Origin: a virus
Lineage: Duplodnaviria; Heunggongvirae; Uroviricota; Caudoviricetes
Length of the DNA: 64,000 bases
Strand: one strand, 5' to 3'
Virus record (IMG/VR): IMGVR_UViG_3300035210_000151
Part shown: positions 49,977 to 59,514 of the stretch, one piece after another
Position numbering within the stretch: the stretch's first letter is position 1
Layout: each line of letters starts with the position of its first letter
Notes under the pieces: model-generated
What the model was told of the DNA's origin: nothing
Seen by the model: only the letters and a program-made list of their open reading frames with translations
Database searches by the model: none
Position numbers and translations under genes: made by a program

Positions 49977-50606
49977 ATGTTAAAACCAACAACCGTTGAC
50001 GATCTCAATAAAATTTATCCACAGTATTCTTTTGTTAAGGAAGGTGGTAGTATTTATTGCTACGATGATGATCACTCTATTATTAAAGTAGCTGAGTGTG
50101 GTTATACGGATTATTTTGCTTTCTTCTCGATGACACACAAAATTTCACCTGAGCACTTTAAAGAAATTCAGACAGCCATTAAGCAAGTGCTTTCAGCTTA
50201 TATCTTTTTTTGTTATCCTTTTTTTGAAGTTCAACGCCGACAGCTTTATCTCTATATGCTACAAAACCTTTATTGCAATAGAATGGTGATGAGCCAGCAG
50301 CTTGTTATTAATTATGTCACTAAATTCCATGATGACACTATTTACTGGTCGCCAGAGATACAGATGGGTAATGATAATTTTTACTTACATTTAACTAACT
50401 ATAACCAGATAAATGAATTCAATATCACTATCACCGATCCGGTGGGTAGACTATTGAGTATTTCGATTACCGTTGATGAGATTAACAATAAACACAGTAA
50501 GCTCACTCACTTCTTTTTTGATACCATGTTACAACCTTATCTGGGTATTGAAGCGGGTGAACTTACGATGGATCATTTCAAAGTTATTGAGATGATGGTG
50601 GTTTAA
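49977..50606 (+). CDS. hypothetical protein, M-x-x-V tail
   Basis: RBS GGAG; ends DHFKVIEMMVV. Confidence 0.8.
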   Translation: MLKPTTVDDLNKIYPQYSFVKEGGSIYCYDDDHSIIKVAECGYTDYFAFFSMTHKISPEHFKEIQTAIKQVLSAYIFFCYPFFEVQRRQLYLYMLQNLYCNRMVMSQQLVINYVTKFHDDTIYWSPEIQMGNDNFYLHLTNYNQINEFNITITDPVGRLLSISITVDEINNKHSKLTHFFFDTMLQPYLGIEAGELTMDHFKVIEMMVV

Positions 50607-51254
50607 ATGAATAGTAAATTGAATTTTTTGAAAAAGTTCCTAAAAAGCTCTCAATCTTTATTGTTGTTTAGCACGATTGTCTTTTATTTTTTTTCTATGA
50701 ACTATCCAATTTATGAGAATACTGCTTTCAGAGTTCTAAACAATCTTAGCCTATTTTTAAGCATTTCATCTTTGATTATATTATTTCGAAAGGCTTTTAT
50801 TAATTCATTGGCAATTAATATTACTTTTATTGTATTTACATTTTTATTCTATGTTAATAGTTATTTTAAAATTATGGATACACATCTGTTTAATGTTTTT
50901 TACTTTTTTATGCTGGGTGTTAGTAATTTATTTATGAACCTGAAAGCCTTATTGTTCATTGTTGAAGCCTATAAAATTGAAGACGCAGAAAGGTTTCCAG
51001 TTTTCGATTGTATTGAATTGGATGCCTTTTTGTCTGATGACGATTTAATTTATTATACGCATGATCCTTATGCTCGTGAATTTGTTAAATTTAAAATCTA
51101 TTACAGTAATTTTTATGCCTATGCTGGCAATATCTACTATGGTGGGCGAAACTATGATTTTTGGGATGTTAATAAATATATTCAAGAACAAAATATAGAC
51201 ATGAACCAATTGTCAGAAGATGACTTTCATTTAATAGCTATGATTAACATTTAA
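50607..51254 (+). CDS. 4-TM membrane protein, family F, M-x-x-I tail
   Basis: KIE..FP.FDCI motif; ends DDFHLIAMINI. Confidence 0.8.
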   Translation: MNSKLNFLKKFLKSSQSLLLFSTIVFYFFSMNYPIYENTAFRVLNNLSLFLSISSLIILFRKAFINSLAINITFIVFTFLFYVNSYFKIMDTHLFNVFYFFMLGVSNLFMNLKALLFIVEAYKIEDAERFPVFDCIELDAFLSDDDLIYYTHDPYAREFVKFKIYYSNFYAYAGNIYYGGRNYDFWDVNKYIQEQNIDMNQLSEDDFHLIAMINI

Positions 51255-51401
51255 AGAGGACTTATTTACTCTTTTACTCGAAAACCCTGTAGACAACTGT
51301 TCATCTTTTCGGTTATAATAGACAGTGTTTAAAACAAGCATAAGCTTGGTTAAATTAATGATTTAAGACATACCACCTTTCGTTTATTTTGAGGATTAAA
51401 A

Positions 51402-52055
51402 ATGAACATCACACTTATTACTCAATTCCTAAAAAGCACTCATTTTTTGACCATTTCTATGGTTTTACTGTTTGCTGTGTATCTTTCACTGGTTACTTTT
51501 TCTGTACCAGCCTTTTCTTCCATTGTTTTTAAAATTGGTGTTTTTGTGGTGTTGGCTATTTCAATGCTCTCATTGTATAGCTTATGTCGAAAAGCATTTA
51601 TCCACTCGAAAACTGTAAGCACCGTCATTATTGTATTGAGTTTGGTATTCTACATTAATGAGTATTTACAAATTATACCTACTATTGCAACTCAAATTGT
51701 TTACCCTTTGTTCATGGGTATTTGGAGTTTGTATCTTGCGATGAGCGTTCTCTTTTTCAAAATGGAAGAACATAAAATTGAAGACAATTCTATTTTCCCA
51801 GAATACGATTGTATATCTATTGACCCCTTTGTTGAAGCTTATGATTTTGGTCAAAATCCACGGGAACCACTAGAATATGAGTTTGAACGGTTTACGATGT
51901 TTTATAAAAAAGCTTATGCGTCAAATGGCATTCTTTATTTGGGTAAAGAGAAATGTGATTTTTTTCAAGCTATTGATTATTTTAAAGAAGCTAAATCTGA
52001 AATTAATGAAATTTCTAGTGATGATTTTAAACTGATCACTATGTTTAATATTTAA
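51402..52055 (+). CDS. 4-TM membrane protein, family F, M-x-x-I tail
   Basis: KIE..FPEYDCI; ends DDFKLITMFNI. Confidence 0.8.
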   Translation: MNITLITQFLKSTHFLTISMVLLFAVYLSLVTFSVPAFSSIVFKIGVFVVLAISMLSLYSLCRKAFIHSKTVSTVIIVLSLVFYINEYLQIIPTIATQIVYPLFMGIWSLYLAMSVLFFKMEEHKIEDNSIFPEYDCISIDPFVEAYDFGQNPREPLEYEFERFTMFYKKAYASNGILYLGKEKCDFFQAIDYFKEAKSEINEISSDDFKLITMFNI

Positions 52056-52057
52056 GG

Positions 52058-52711
52058 ATGCCTACTATGCGTCGTAATCTTAATTATCTATTCAAATTTA
52101 TAACCAGCTCGCAATGTGTTATGCTGGCATTGCCAATACTCTTACATGTGTATTTAATGTATTTCTATGACAAGCCTAATGCTTTATTCCTTATGGTCAA
52201 TCAATTTACGATATTGATATCTTCATTGCCACTTCTATTGATATTTTTCAGAGCCTACAGTCATTCTAAGGTTGTTAGTTCTTGTGCGGTGTCATTAAGT
52301 ATTCTCTTTTATTTGAATGCATATTTTAATTTTATTGAAATCCATAACCTTACTGGAATTTATCTTTCATTGTTACTCTTTGGTTCTATTTTCATTTCGT
52401 TCAAATCTTTAACTGCTATTCAGGAAATTCATCAAATTGAAGGATTGAGAAAGCTCCCTAAATATGACTGTATTGAAATATCAACTATCTCCAACTTTGA
52501 AGACTCTTACGAAAAATTAGATCCATATCAAAAAAGCTTTACTAAATTTAAGTTTTACTACAAAAACTGCTATGCTTATGGTGGACAAATTTATTACAAT
52601 GGTGAAAAACATGACTTCTCCAATGTCAATAATTACCTCAATGAGCAGAAAATTGACATAAATCGACTAACATCGGACGATTTCAAGCTAATATCTATGA
52701 TTTTTATATGA
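52058..52711 (+). CDS. 4-TM membrane protein, family F, M-x-x-I tail
   Basis: QIE..LPKYDCI; ends DDFKLISMIFI. Confidence 0.8.
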   Translation: MPTMRRNLNYLFKFITSSQCVMLALPILLHVYLMYFYDKPNALFLMVNQFTILISSLPLLLIFFRAYSHSKVVSSCAVSLSILFYLNAYFNFIEIHNLTGIYLSLLLFGSIFISFKSLTAIQEIHQIEGLRKLPKYDCIEISTISNFEDSYEKLDPYQKSFTKFKFYYKNCYAYGGQIYYNGEKHDFSNVNNYLNEQKIDINRLTSDDFKLISMIFI

Positions 52712-52787
52712 TTTTTTGATTTTTTTTGTTGCTTTTTAAATAACAAGTATGTTAATATATAACAACTTAAATAGTGAGGATATAATC

Positions 52788-53090
52788 ATGCATAATCAAC
52801 ATTGTTTCTACGCTCTAAAAGATGGTAAATCCTATCGTTCATTCAACAAGAACCCACTTCATTTCAAAATGTTTGAACAAGAAACCCCAATCAAGGTTGT
52901 TGTTAATGTGCTCAATGATGAAGCCGAAAAATTTACTCATGTTGGTTTGCTGAATAAAGAAGGTCGCCTTGAACATATTCATACCGAAGCTAAACATGTC
53001 AAAACATTTTTGGGTTTGAAAGAAGACGAAGAAGTTCCAGTCCACTCAGGTCGCATTGTTAAACTTCAAGCTGCAGCTTTCGAAAGTTAA
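52788..53090 (+). CDS. hypothetical protein
   Basis: RBS GAGGA before ATG 52788. Confidence 0.7.
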   Translation: MHNQHCFYALKDGKSYRSFNKNPLHFKMFEQETPIKVVVNVLNDEAEKFTHVGLLNKEGRLEHIHTEAKHVKTFLGLKEDEEVPVHSGRIVKLQAAAFES

Positions 53091-53113
53091 TTATCAATTT
53101 TGATTAGTGGATA

Positions 53114-53914
53114 TTATTGTTTTGGCGATATATCCACTTTCACTGTTTGACTGGCTAAGTTGTTAAATAATGCACAGCGTGCAACTAATATTCTATTTTC
53201 AACAGGAATACTAGTGTCATTGTATTCAAATGGGCATGTTTTTCCATTGACAGTTATTTCATAGTTAACTAAGGTAGCTTGACCAACACCATTGATAGTT
53301 CTGAATATCGTTACTCCACCTTGATCGGTTAAAAATTCTATTTGCTGACCATTTATTGTTGATGGCGATAAGCTTGCTGGATCATATCTTTCAAATGACG
53401 CATAAGAACCTATTGGTGCAAAATACCCGTAGTAATGCGTAGTCCCCCATCCAAAATAATGAGCAACTTGCATGGTATGTGTAAATCTTGTTCCATAAGC
53501 AGTCTTTGTATTTTTTTGATTGTTTTCAGTTTCTGATTCAGTAATCAAATCACCTATATTCCGCTTATTGCCTAAACTTGATATTTCAGTATTTTGTACA
53601 GTTCTTGTTTTTTCTCCTGTACAATCATTCGCGGATTGTTGAAAGCTTACACCTGTTGGCTTCGTATTGACGGTAGGTATCCAATTAGTGCATGTTTTAG
53701 GACCATAAACCCAATCAGTGATTATGGACTCACCTTGACTCCATGTTTCGACTGGTTCGGGTTCAACGGGTTCTTTCTCAGGCTCATCTGGACTTTTTAT
53801 ATTGATAAAATTTATGTTTTCCAATGGATAAACTAATCCGTATGAAGCAGACGAATTGATTGTTTGAATACTAACTAATAATATCATTAATGGTGTGAGT
53901 TTGTAGATTTTCAT
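53114..53914 (-). CDS. exported protein, family H
   Basis: Signal peptide, YGLVYPLE, PEKEPVEPEP linker, W/C-containing beta module. Confidence 0.75.
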   Translation of the reverse strand: MKIYKLTPLMILLVSIQTINSSASYGLVYPLENINFINIKSPDEPEKEPVEPEPVETWSQGESIITDWVYGPKTCTNWIPTVNTKPTGVSFQQSANDCTGEKTRTVQNTEISSLGNKRNIGDLITESETENNQKNTKTAYGTRFTHTMQVAHYFGWGTTHYYGYFAPIGSYASFERYDPASLSPSTINGQQIEFLTDQGGVTIFRTINGVGQATLVNYEITVNGKTCPFEYNDTSIPVENRILVARCALFNNLASQTVKVDISPKQ

Positions 53915-53993
53915 ATATTTTTTATTGTTTTAATTTAAATATTATAACTTTATTTAGCTTGCTATCAAATATTATTAGTATATTTTTATAAAA

Positions 53994-54344
53994 TTACGAA
54001 TAATGTGTGAAAACATAAATATTAAGCTTTAATTCATCTTCTGTAAAACCAAATGTCTCAACCAGTTCTTTTTTTAGCTTTTTATCACTGAATACTTTCT
54101 TATCAATCTCAGTCATGGGTATGCCTTCATAGCTTTCTCTGGATTTAGCAATCAGTTTACCAATGAAGGCATATTCACCAGACATTCCATCAACAATAAC
54201 AACGGTATCACCTTTCTTTTGAGTTCTTCGATTGGTGTAAGCATCATGAAGACTATCATTTTCCTCTATGTTATATTTTTCATTGTAGTCATCATAAGTC
54301 ATTTTAATACCCATTATGATGTAATGATTTTCGTTAACTGACAT
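53994..54344 (-). CDS. phage-type hypothetical protein
   Basis: RBS AAGGAG; motif VIVDGMSGEYAFIG. Confidence 0.75.
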   Translation of the reverse strand: MSVNENHYIIMGIKMTYDDYNEKYNIEENDSLHDAYTNRRTQKKGDTVVIVDGMSGEYAFIGKLIAKSRESYEGIPMTEIDKKVFSDKKLKKELVETFGFTEDELKLNIYVFTHYS

Positions 54345-54673
54345 AGATGTTCACTCCTTTTAGAAACCTTATTATACGTTAATGGTTCAAAATAATCAAT
54401 CAAAAAAACTGACATTTATGTAAACTTCATAATGGCATTCTTGCTTATTACGGATATTTGTATGTTATTTCTATATTTTTCTGTTTTTTAAGCATTTAAA
54501 AATATTTTAAAAATAATGTGTGTAAATTATATTAGCACGGAAAAATGACATGTATATGGTTTTTATGGGTGTTTTTTATGGCCTATTTTTTGTCAATATA
54601 AAAAAAATGATATAGCTTATTTTATATTGTTTATTTTGTGTTATACTGTAATTAACAACAATATGGAATTATT

Positions 54674-55120
54674 ATGGATCACAATGCTAATGAAAACAAA
54701 TATGTTCAGATAATCACTGATGCTTTAACTTCTGCTCAGGAAATGATGAAGGTCAATCAGTCAATTTTTGAAAAAGTATTGCCATCTGCAGTCGCAGATG
54801 AGATAGAGCATCGTGGACGCGGTGTTGATTTTATGTTTAATGAATTAAAACACAAAGTTGAGAACGGAACATCTCTTACTCCACCAGAAGTTTCTATGGT
54901 TAACCGTGCTCTTGTTGAATATTCACAAAGGATAGACTTGGCTCAAACGCATTTTATTCATGTTAACGAAGATTACAGCCAGATTTCACATTTTAAAGAA
55001 ATCGGACATGATATTTATAAGGTTCAAATAGACTTTAATGCTAAGGTTGCTTTGGATGCTGGTAATAGAAATGATCTTGATGACGTTAAATCAAGATTGA
55101 ATAACAGACCAAGACCGTAA
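54674..55120 (+). CDS. helical hypothetical protein
   Basis: 148 aa, followed by a terminator. Confidence 0.75.
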   Translation: MDHNANENKYVQIITDALTSAQEMMKVNQSIFEKVLPSAVADEIEHRGRGVDFMFNELKHKVENGTSLTPPEVSMVNRALVEYSQRIDLAQTHFIHVNEDYSQISHFKEIGHDIYKVQIDFNAKVALDAGNRNDLDDVKSRLNNRPRP

Positions 55121-55226
55121 GGTTCTCAATACAGAAAAGACATCTCAGGATGTCTTTTTTTGTTGTATTTATTTTTAATTTACGGTATACTAGCCATCTC
55201 ATTTAAACAAACACGAGGATTTAACT

Positions 55227-55547
55227 ATGTCTCAACAACAAGGTCAACAAAAACAACAACCCATTGAAGTTCATCTGTTCAGTGCCAAACTGCATATGGT
55301 CGGCCACAACTACATGTTCCCAAAAGGTTCTGTTGTTCACATTCACAAACGTGTTGATGATAACAAATCCAAAAAAAGTGTTTTCCAAGGTCTTCACTTT
55401 AATAACGGTTCTGTGGTTGAAGTTCAGTTTGACGCCAAAACACTTCGTCACCTGAATTGGGATGAAAAGCCTGATCGCACTGCTTATCATGTAACTTTGG
55501 TTCAATCCGAAGTGGACGCACTCAACCTACCAGCACTGCCAGTTTAA
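55227..55547 (+). CDS. hypothetical protein with Gln-rich N-terminus
   Basis: RBS GAGGA. Confidence 0.75.
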   Translation: MSQQQGQQKQQPIEVHLFSAKLHMVGHNYMFPKGSVVHIHKRVDDNKSKKSVFQGLHFNNGSVVEVQFDAKTLRHLNWDEKPDRTAYHVTLVQSEVDALNLPALPV

Positions 55548-55605
55548 CAAACGTCTGCAGTATTCATTAACCGTGTCCGGTTCGCCGGACATTGAGGAAT
55601 ACAAT

Positions 55606-55818
55606 ATGAGCCTTTCCAAGAAAGCTATCAGTGTTTGTTTTGAAGACTTGTCACTAGACGATGACGTTATCATTTGGGATCGTGACCACAATGCTCACGG
55701 AGCGACTGGTAAGGTTTATCATCTGGATACGACCACTCGGATGGTTTCAGTGGTGACAACAGGTTGTGTCGATACATGGGAAGGAATGGCGGATGGACTT
55801 CAAAAAGTCATAGATTAA
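55606..55818 (+). CDS. small hypothetical protein, possibly SH3/KOW-like
   Basis: RBS GAGGA; DDVII..HGATGKV pattern. Confidence 0.65.
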   Translation: MSLSKKAISVCFEDLSLDDDVIIWDRDHNAHGATGKVYHLDTTTRMVSVVTTGCVDTWEGMADGLQKVID

Positions 55819-55831
55819 AAAGTCATAGATT
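55802..55831 (+). repeat. 15-bp perfect tandem duplication
   Basis: AAAAAGTCATAGATT twice, spanning the stop codon. Confidence 0.85.
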
Positions 55832-56026
55832 AAGAACTTAGCAACAACATTAAACCTCACATCATTGTGGGGTTTTTTATTGTATGTTATTTGACTTTTT
55901 ATTTATCTACTATAATTTAATAGTAAATAAGGCATTTTGTAGATATGCCTACCTAATCACTACATGGGAAGCCAACGCCATCTACCAAACTAAATAACAG
56001 ATAAAGTGATATCGGAGCATACACAC

Positions 56027-57679
56027 ATGAAAACAATCTATTTCATCGACAACGAGTCGATCAAAAGAACAGCTAAGTCTATTCAAAAAACAAACCCAAC
56101 TTTCAAACACACTGTCATACTGGATGACTTGGCTAAATTACTTGGCTATACATCATATAACCAGTATGAACACTATTTAACCAATGCAATCCTTTCAAAA
56201 GATAACAGTTTAAAGTCTCTTAAGGCACTCACAAAAATAGATTCAATTGAATTACTTATTTTAAAAGATAAATTTATTGATAAATTAGCGAGCACTGGAT
56301 ATTCCATTGATAGTTTATATTTCATTAACAAAATAATAGATAATCAGAGACAAGGTTTTATTGAACATTCACATTTAAATTTGAAAGCATATATTTACTA
56401 TCTCCCTTTCGTTTTCACTCCTACAAATGAATTGTTGAATGTAGATGCTACTTTTATTCGTCATGGTCAGTTACAAAATATTATTAATATTGTTATAGAT
56501 GAATATAAAAAAATAGATGTTGAAGCTATCGAGAACCTTATTCGTAGGATGAAAATATCTCCTGACTATTCTGTTGATAGTGAACTCTATAATGCATTTA
56601 GCAAATTTAATGATGACTTAAAAACTAGAGGAATTTATTATTATATCAAATCCATCATGGAAGATTTTGATTATGATGAAGGCTATTTAACCAAACTTAT
56701 ATTTGAAGGCCATAGTGTTGAAAAAATAGAGCATCACATAAACATAAGGATAGAAAAACAAAGGCTTGCAAGAAATGATGAAATTCCAGTATTCTTCAAA
56801 GCTGATAAATACACAAGTCTTCAAAACTATTACCCATTTATACGTGAATCAGTGACAGAAGAAAAACCTTTTATTTTTGGTAGACAGGTTGACCAAAGCC
56901 CTTTTTTTGCGACTCCTGAACATTTGCATTCAAATATTTCAGTATTAGGTGCTCCGGGGACTGGTAAAGGTGTTTTTATTCATTCACTCATGTTTCAACT
57001 AATGATGAATAATAGAGGTTTTTGTGTTATGAATCCATTAGGTCGAGATTATTCTACAACTTACATAAAAAATATGGCAACTTTATTAAATAAAAAGAAT
57101 GATATGTTTGTTTTTAATACAGATGCGAGTACAAAACTAATTTCTAGTAGCATTCATAATGATAAAATTGTTTACACAACATTTGATACAAGAGATGATG
57201 ATAGGCGTAACGTAGATACTTTAAGACTTGGGAGCAATAGATTTGAACAAATATTGATCGCCTTGACTGAGCAATTCTTTACTTCAAAATTTAGAAATAA
57301 GAAGATTCCTTTTTATATCATTATTGAAGAGGCTCATAATTTGATGAATATTAATGAAAACACTGCAAATATGATTAAAAAATTGAATGAATTAAATATT
57401 TTCTTCGTTTTTGATCATCAACTTCATGAAGATTATATCAATGATCTTTGCAACACAACTTTGGTTACTAATTCATCATTTTTCTTGTTCAAAAATGCTG
57501 CCAACTTTGAATTCAAACAACTTATGATTAATTTATATGATCGAAAAGAACTTATTGGGACAACTGGACCGACTAAAAAGCTACCGCCTGTCTTCAGCAT
57601 CATTCAGAAGGGTGTTCATACAGGACAGTTCATTACTGAAATTGATGAAGATTTATACGATAATATTCAACAACCATAA
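56027..57679 (+). CDS. coupling-protein (DotL/TrbC/TraD-like) P-loop NTPase lacking the all-alpha domain, with an N-terminal helical domain
   Basis: FIFGR..HSNISVLGAPGTGKG..RGFCVMNPLG..NDMFVFN..PFYIIIEEAH..FVFDHQ; N-terminal AK.I..KHT.ILD.LAK.LGY.SYN. Confidence 0.7.
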   Translation: MKTIYFIDNESIKRTAKSIQKTNPTFKHTVILDDLAKLLGYTSYNQYEHYLTNAILSKDNSLKSLKALTKIDSIELLILKDKFIDKLASTGYSIDSLYFINKIIDNQRQGFIEHSHLNLKAYIYYLPFVFTPTNELLNVDATFIRHGQLQNIINIVIDEYKKIDVEAIENLIRRMKISPDYSVDSELYNAFSKFNDDLKTRGIYYYIKSIMEDFDYDEGYLTKLIFEGHSVEKIEHHINIRIEKQRLARNDEIPVFFKADKYTSLQNYYPFIRESVTEEKPFIFGRQVDQSPFFATPEHLHSNISVLGAPGTGKGVFIHSLMFQLMMNNRGFCVMNPLGRDYSTTYIKNMATLLNKKNDMFVFNTDASTKLISSSIHNDKIVYTTFDTRDDDRRNVDTLRLGSNRFEQILIALTEQFFTSKFRNKKIPFYIIIEEAHNLMNINENTANMIKKLNELNIFFVFDHQLHEDYINDLCNTTLVTNSSFFLFKNAANFEFKQLMINLYDRKELIGTTGPTKKLPPVFSIIQKGVHTGQFITEIDEDLYDNIQQP

Positions 57680-57792
57680 GACTACTGTTAAAAGAAACCC
57701 TTTCGAGGGTTTTTCTTTTATTTGCTGTTAAATAAACATTTTCAAGTTTGACAAAATAGATATTTGAGTTACATTATTTGGGGGAGAATTCT

Positions 57793-58626
57793 ATGAAATG
57801 GTTAACTAAATATTTTAATAAAAAAGTCAATAATGAAGAATTATTTTTAAATCATTTAAAGTCAACCTATGATTTTGATGAAGCCTGCATAATTAAAAAA
57901 GATGACTCCGACTTTCTAAATATTATTAGGACTATTGCAACTTCAATTATTGTTCGTGATAATAGACCGCTTGGTATATCAACCGCCGATCCTGACAGCA
58001 TTCAAGAACTTACTAACAAGATCCTTTCAGAATATGATTATTCTATTATAAAACTTTCACGTAACTACACAATGTCTAAATCGTATGATTATGCTTTGTT
58101 TTCAGAAAATGTTACTGGATATAGTATTTCATTTAAGTATTTAACTGATCGTAATTTGTTTGCCTCATTTCCTCATCTTGATGGTTTTGGATACTATTAC
58201 AAAGAACTAATTAAGATAAGCAACTATAAATTCACGAATAATCAGCAACCTGCTTGTTTAAGACCCTCTTATTCAATTAGATTTCCATTGTTAAACAATG
58301 GTATGTTAGATGATTATAAAAGACCTTACTATGTAAGACTAGAAACTGGTCATCGTGATTTAGAAGTTACTGTTGATATTTATGATGATGATAATAAAAC
58401 TAATTATTGTGCTAAATTGTTTTATGGGAACACACTTTTAAAAGAAGAAAATTATAGTTCAATGAATGATTTTACTTTATTTTTAGATGAATTTCTATTT
58501 CCTTACAATTTAACAGAAACTATTATTAATGAAGTTGGAATTCAATTGCCATTATCGTTTACACCAGATTTTGTAAAGTCCATGAACAAAGATTTTAAGC
58601 TTACTATTGATATGTTAAAGATATAA
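57793..58626 (+). CDS. hypothetical protein, family G, M-x-x-I tail
   Basis: FLNHLK..YDFD, FLFP; ends LTIDMLKI. Confidence 0.8.
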   Translation: MKWLTKYFNKKVNNEELFLNHLKSTYDFDEACIIKKDDSDFLNIIRTIATSIIVRDNRPLGISTADPDSIQELTNKILSEYDYSIIKLSRNYTMSKSYDYALFSENVTGYSISFKYLTDRNLFASFPHLDGFGYYYKELIKISNYKFTNNQQPACLRPSYSIRFPLLNNGMLDDYKRPYYVRLETGHRDLEVTVDIYDDDNKTNYCAKLFYGNTLLKEENYSSMNDFTLFLDEFLFPYNLTETIINEVGIQLPLSFTPDFVKSMNKDFKLTIDMLKI

Positions 58627-58637
58627 GGATAACTACA

Positions 58638-59498
58638 ATGACAGACTTAGCCAGAAAGAAAAATTTAGAAACTTCAAATATAAAAGTCAATGAAGACCAA
58701 GAATATATTGAGATCTTTTTAAATCATTTAAAAAATGAATATGATTATGATAGTGTATCTCTTTATACTTTTCAATCACCATTTGAAAGTTGTCAATTAA
58801 ATATTTTAGATGACGCAATAAACTCAATAAGTAATATGGCGAATCGTTTTGACAATTATAAAAAATTAATATTAGAGTATTTTGATACTATTAAGATTGT
58901 CAAACTTACAAGAATTTATGAATTTCATGAAGATAGTTATTATTTAATTATTTCAACTCAGTGTAATGTTAATGAATACACTATAAATTTATCATCTAGG
59001 TTTAATGATTTTGGTATTTTAAATTTTGAAAATGTTGATGATGAAAAATTTATTTATTCTTTCGAAGACTTTATGATTTATTTAAATTTTAAAATTAATC
59101 GTGTTTCTAAATTATGTCAATTTGAATCAGTTTTTATAGTTAATTCTAAAATCAATAATAAGCCACCATTTTTAATATATAATCATAAAACAAACTTTCA
59201 TCTTCCAGTTTGTTACAATAGAAAAGCACAAATAATTGTTAAAAGCACTAAAATAAACGAAATTGAAACATTGCTAGATTTAACACTTAATTTAAATAAA
59301 ACGGTCATTAAGCATTGTTCATGTATTATTAATAGTGCAGATTTAAATATCCAGATATTGATAGAAAGATTTATTTTTCCATTGAATGAATCTATTATTT
59401 TACTGAATGAATGGAATATTTATCCCCAATTAACTTATGATTTCATGAATGTTGATTATAGTAATTTTTGGGATTTAAAAATGATGGTGCAAATATGA
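58638..59498 (+). CDS. hypothetical protein, family G, M-x-x-I tail
   Basis: FLNHLK..YDYD, FIFPL; ends DLKMMVQI. Confidence 0.8.
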   Translation: MTDLARKKNLETSNIKVNEDQEYIEIFLNHLKNEYDYDSVSLYTFQSPFESCQLNILDDAINSISNMANRFDNYKKLILEYFDTIKIVKLTRIYEFHEDSYYLIISTQCNVNEYTINLSSRFNDFGILNFENVDDEKFIYSFEDFMIYLNFKINRVSKLCQFESVFIVNSKINNKPPFLIYNHKTNFHLPVCYNRKAQIIVKSTKINEIETLLDLTLNLNKTVIKHCSCIINSADLNIQILIERFIFPLNESIILLNEWNIYPQLTYDFMNVDYSNFWDLKMMVQI

Positions 59499-59514
59499 AA
59501 ATTAGGAGATTTAT

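Noticed and set aside
54345-54673. Long intergenic gap checked for tRNA or ncRNA (also 37618-37926)
   Set aside because: Extremely AT-rich promoter-type DNA with no cloverleaf or stable stems visible.
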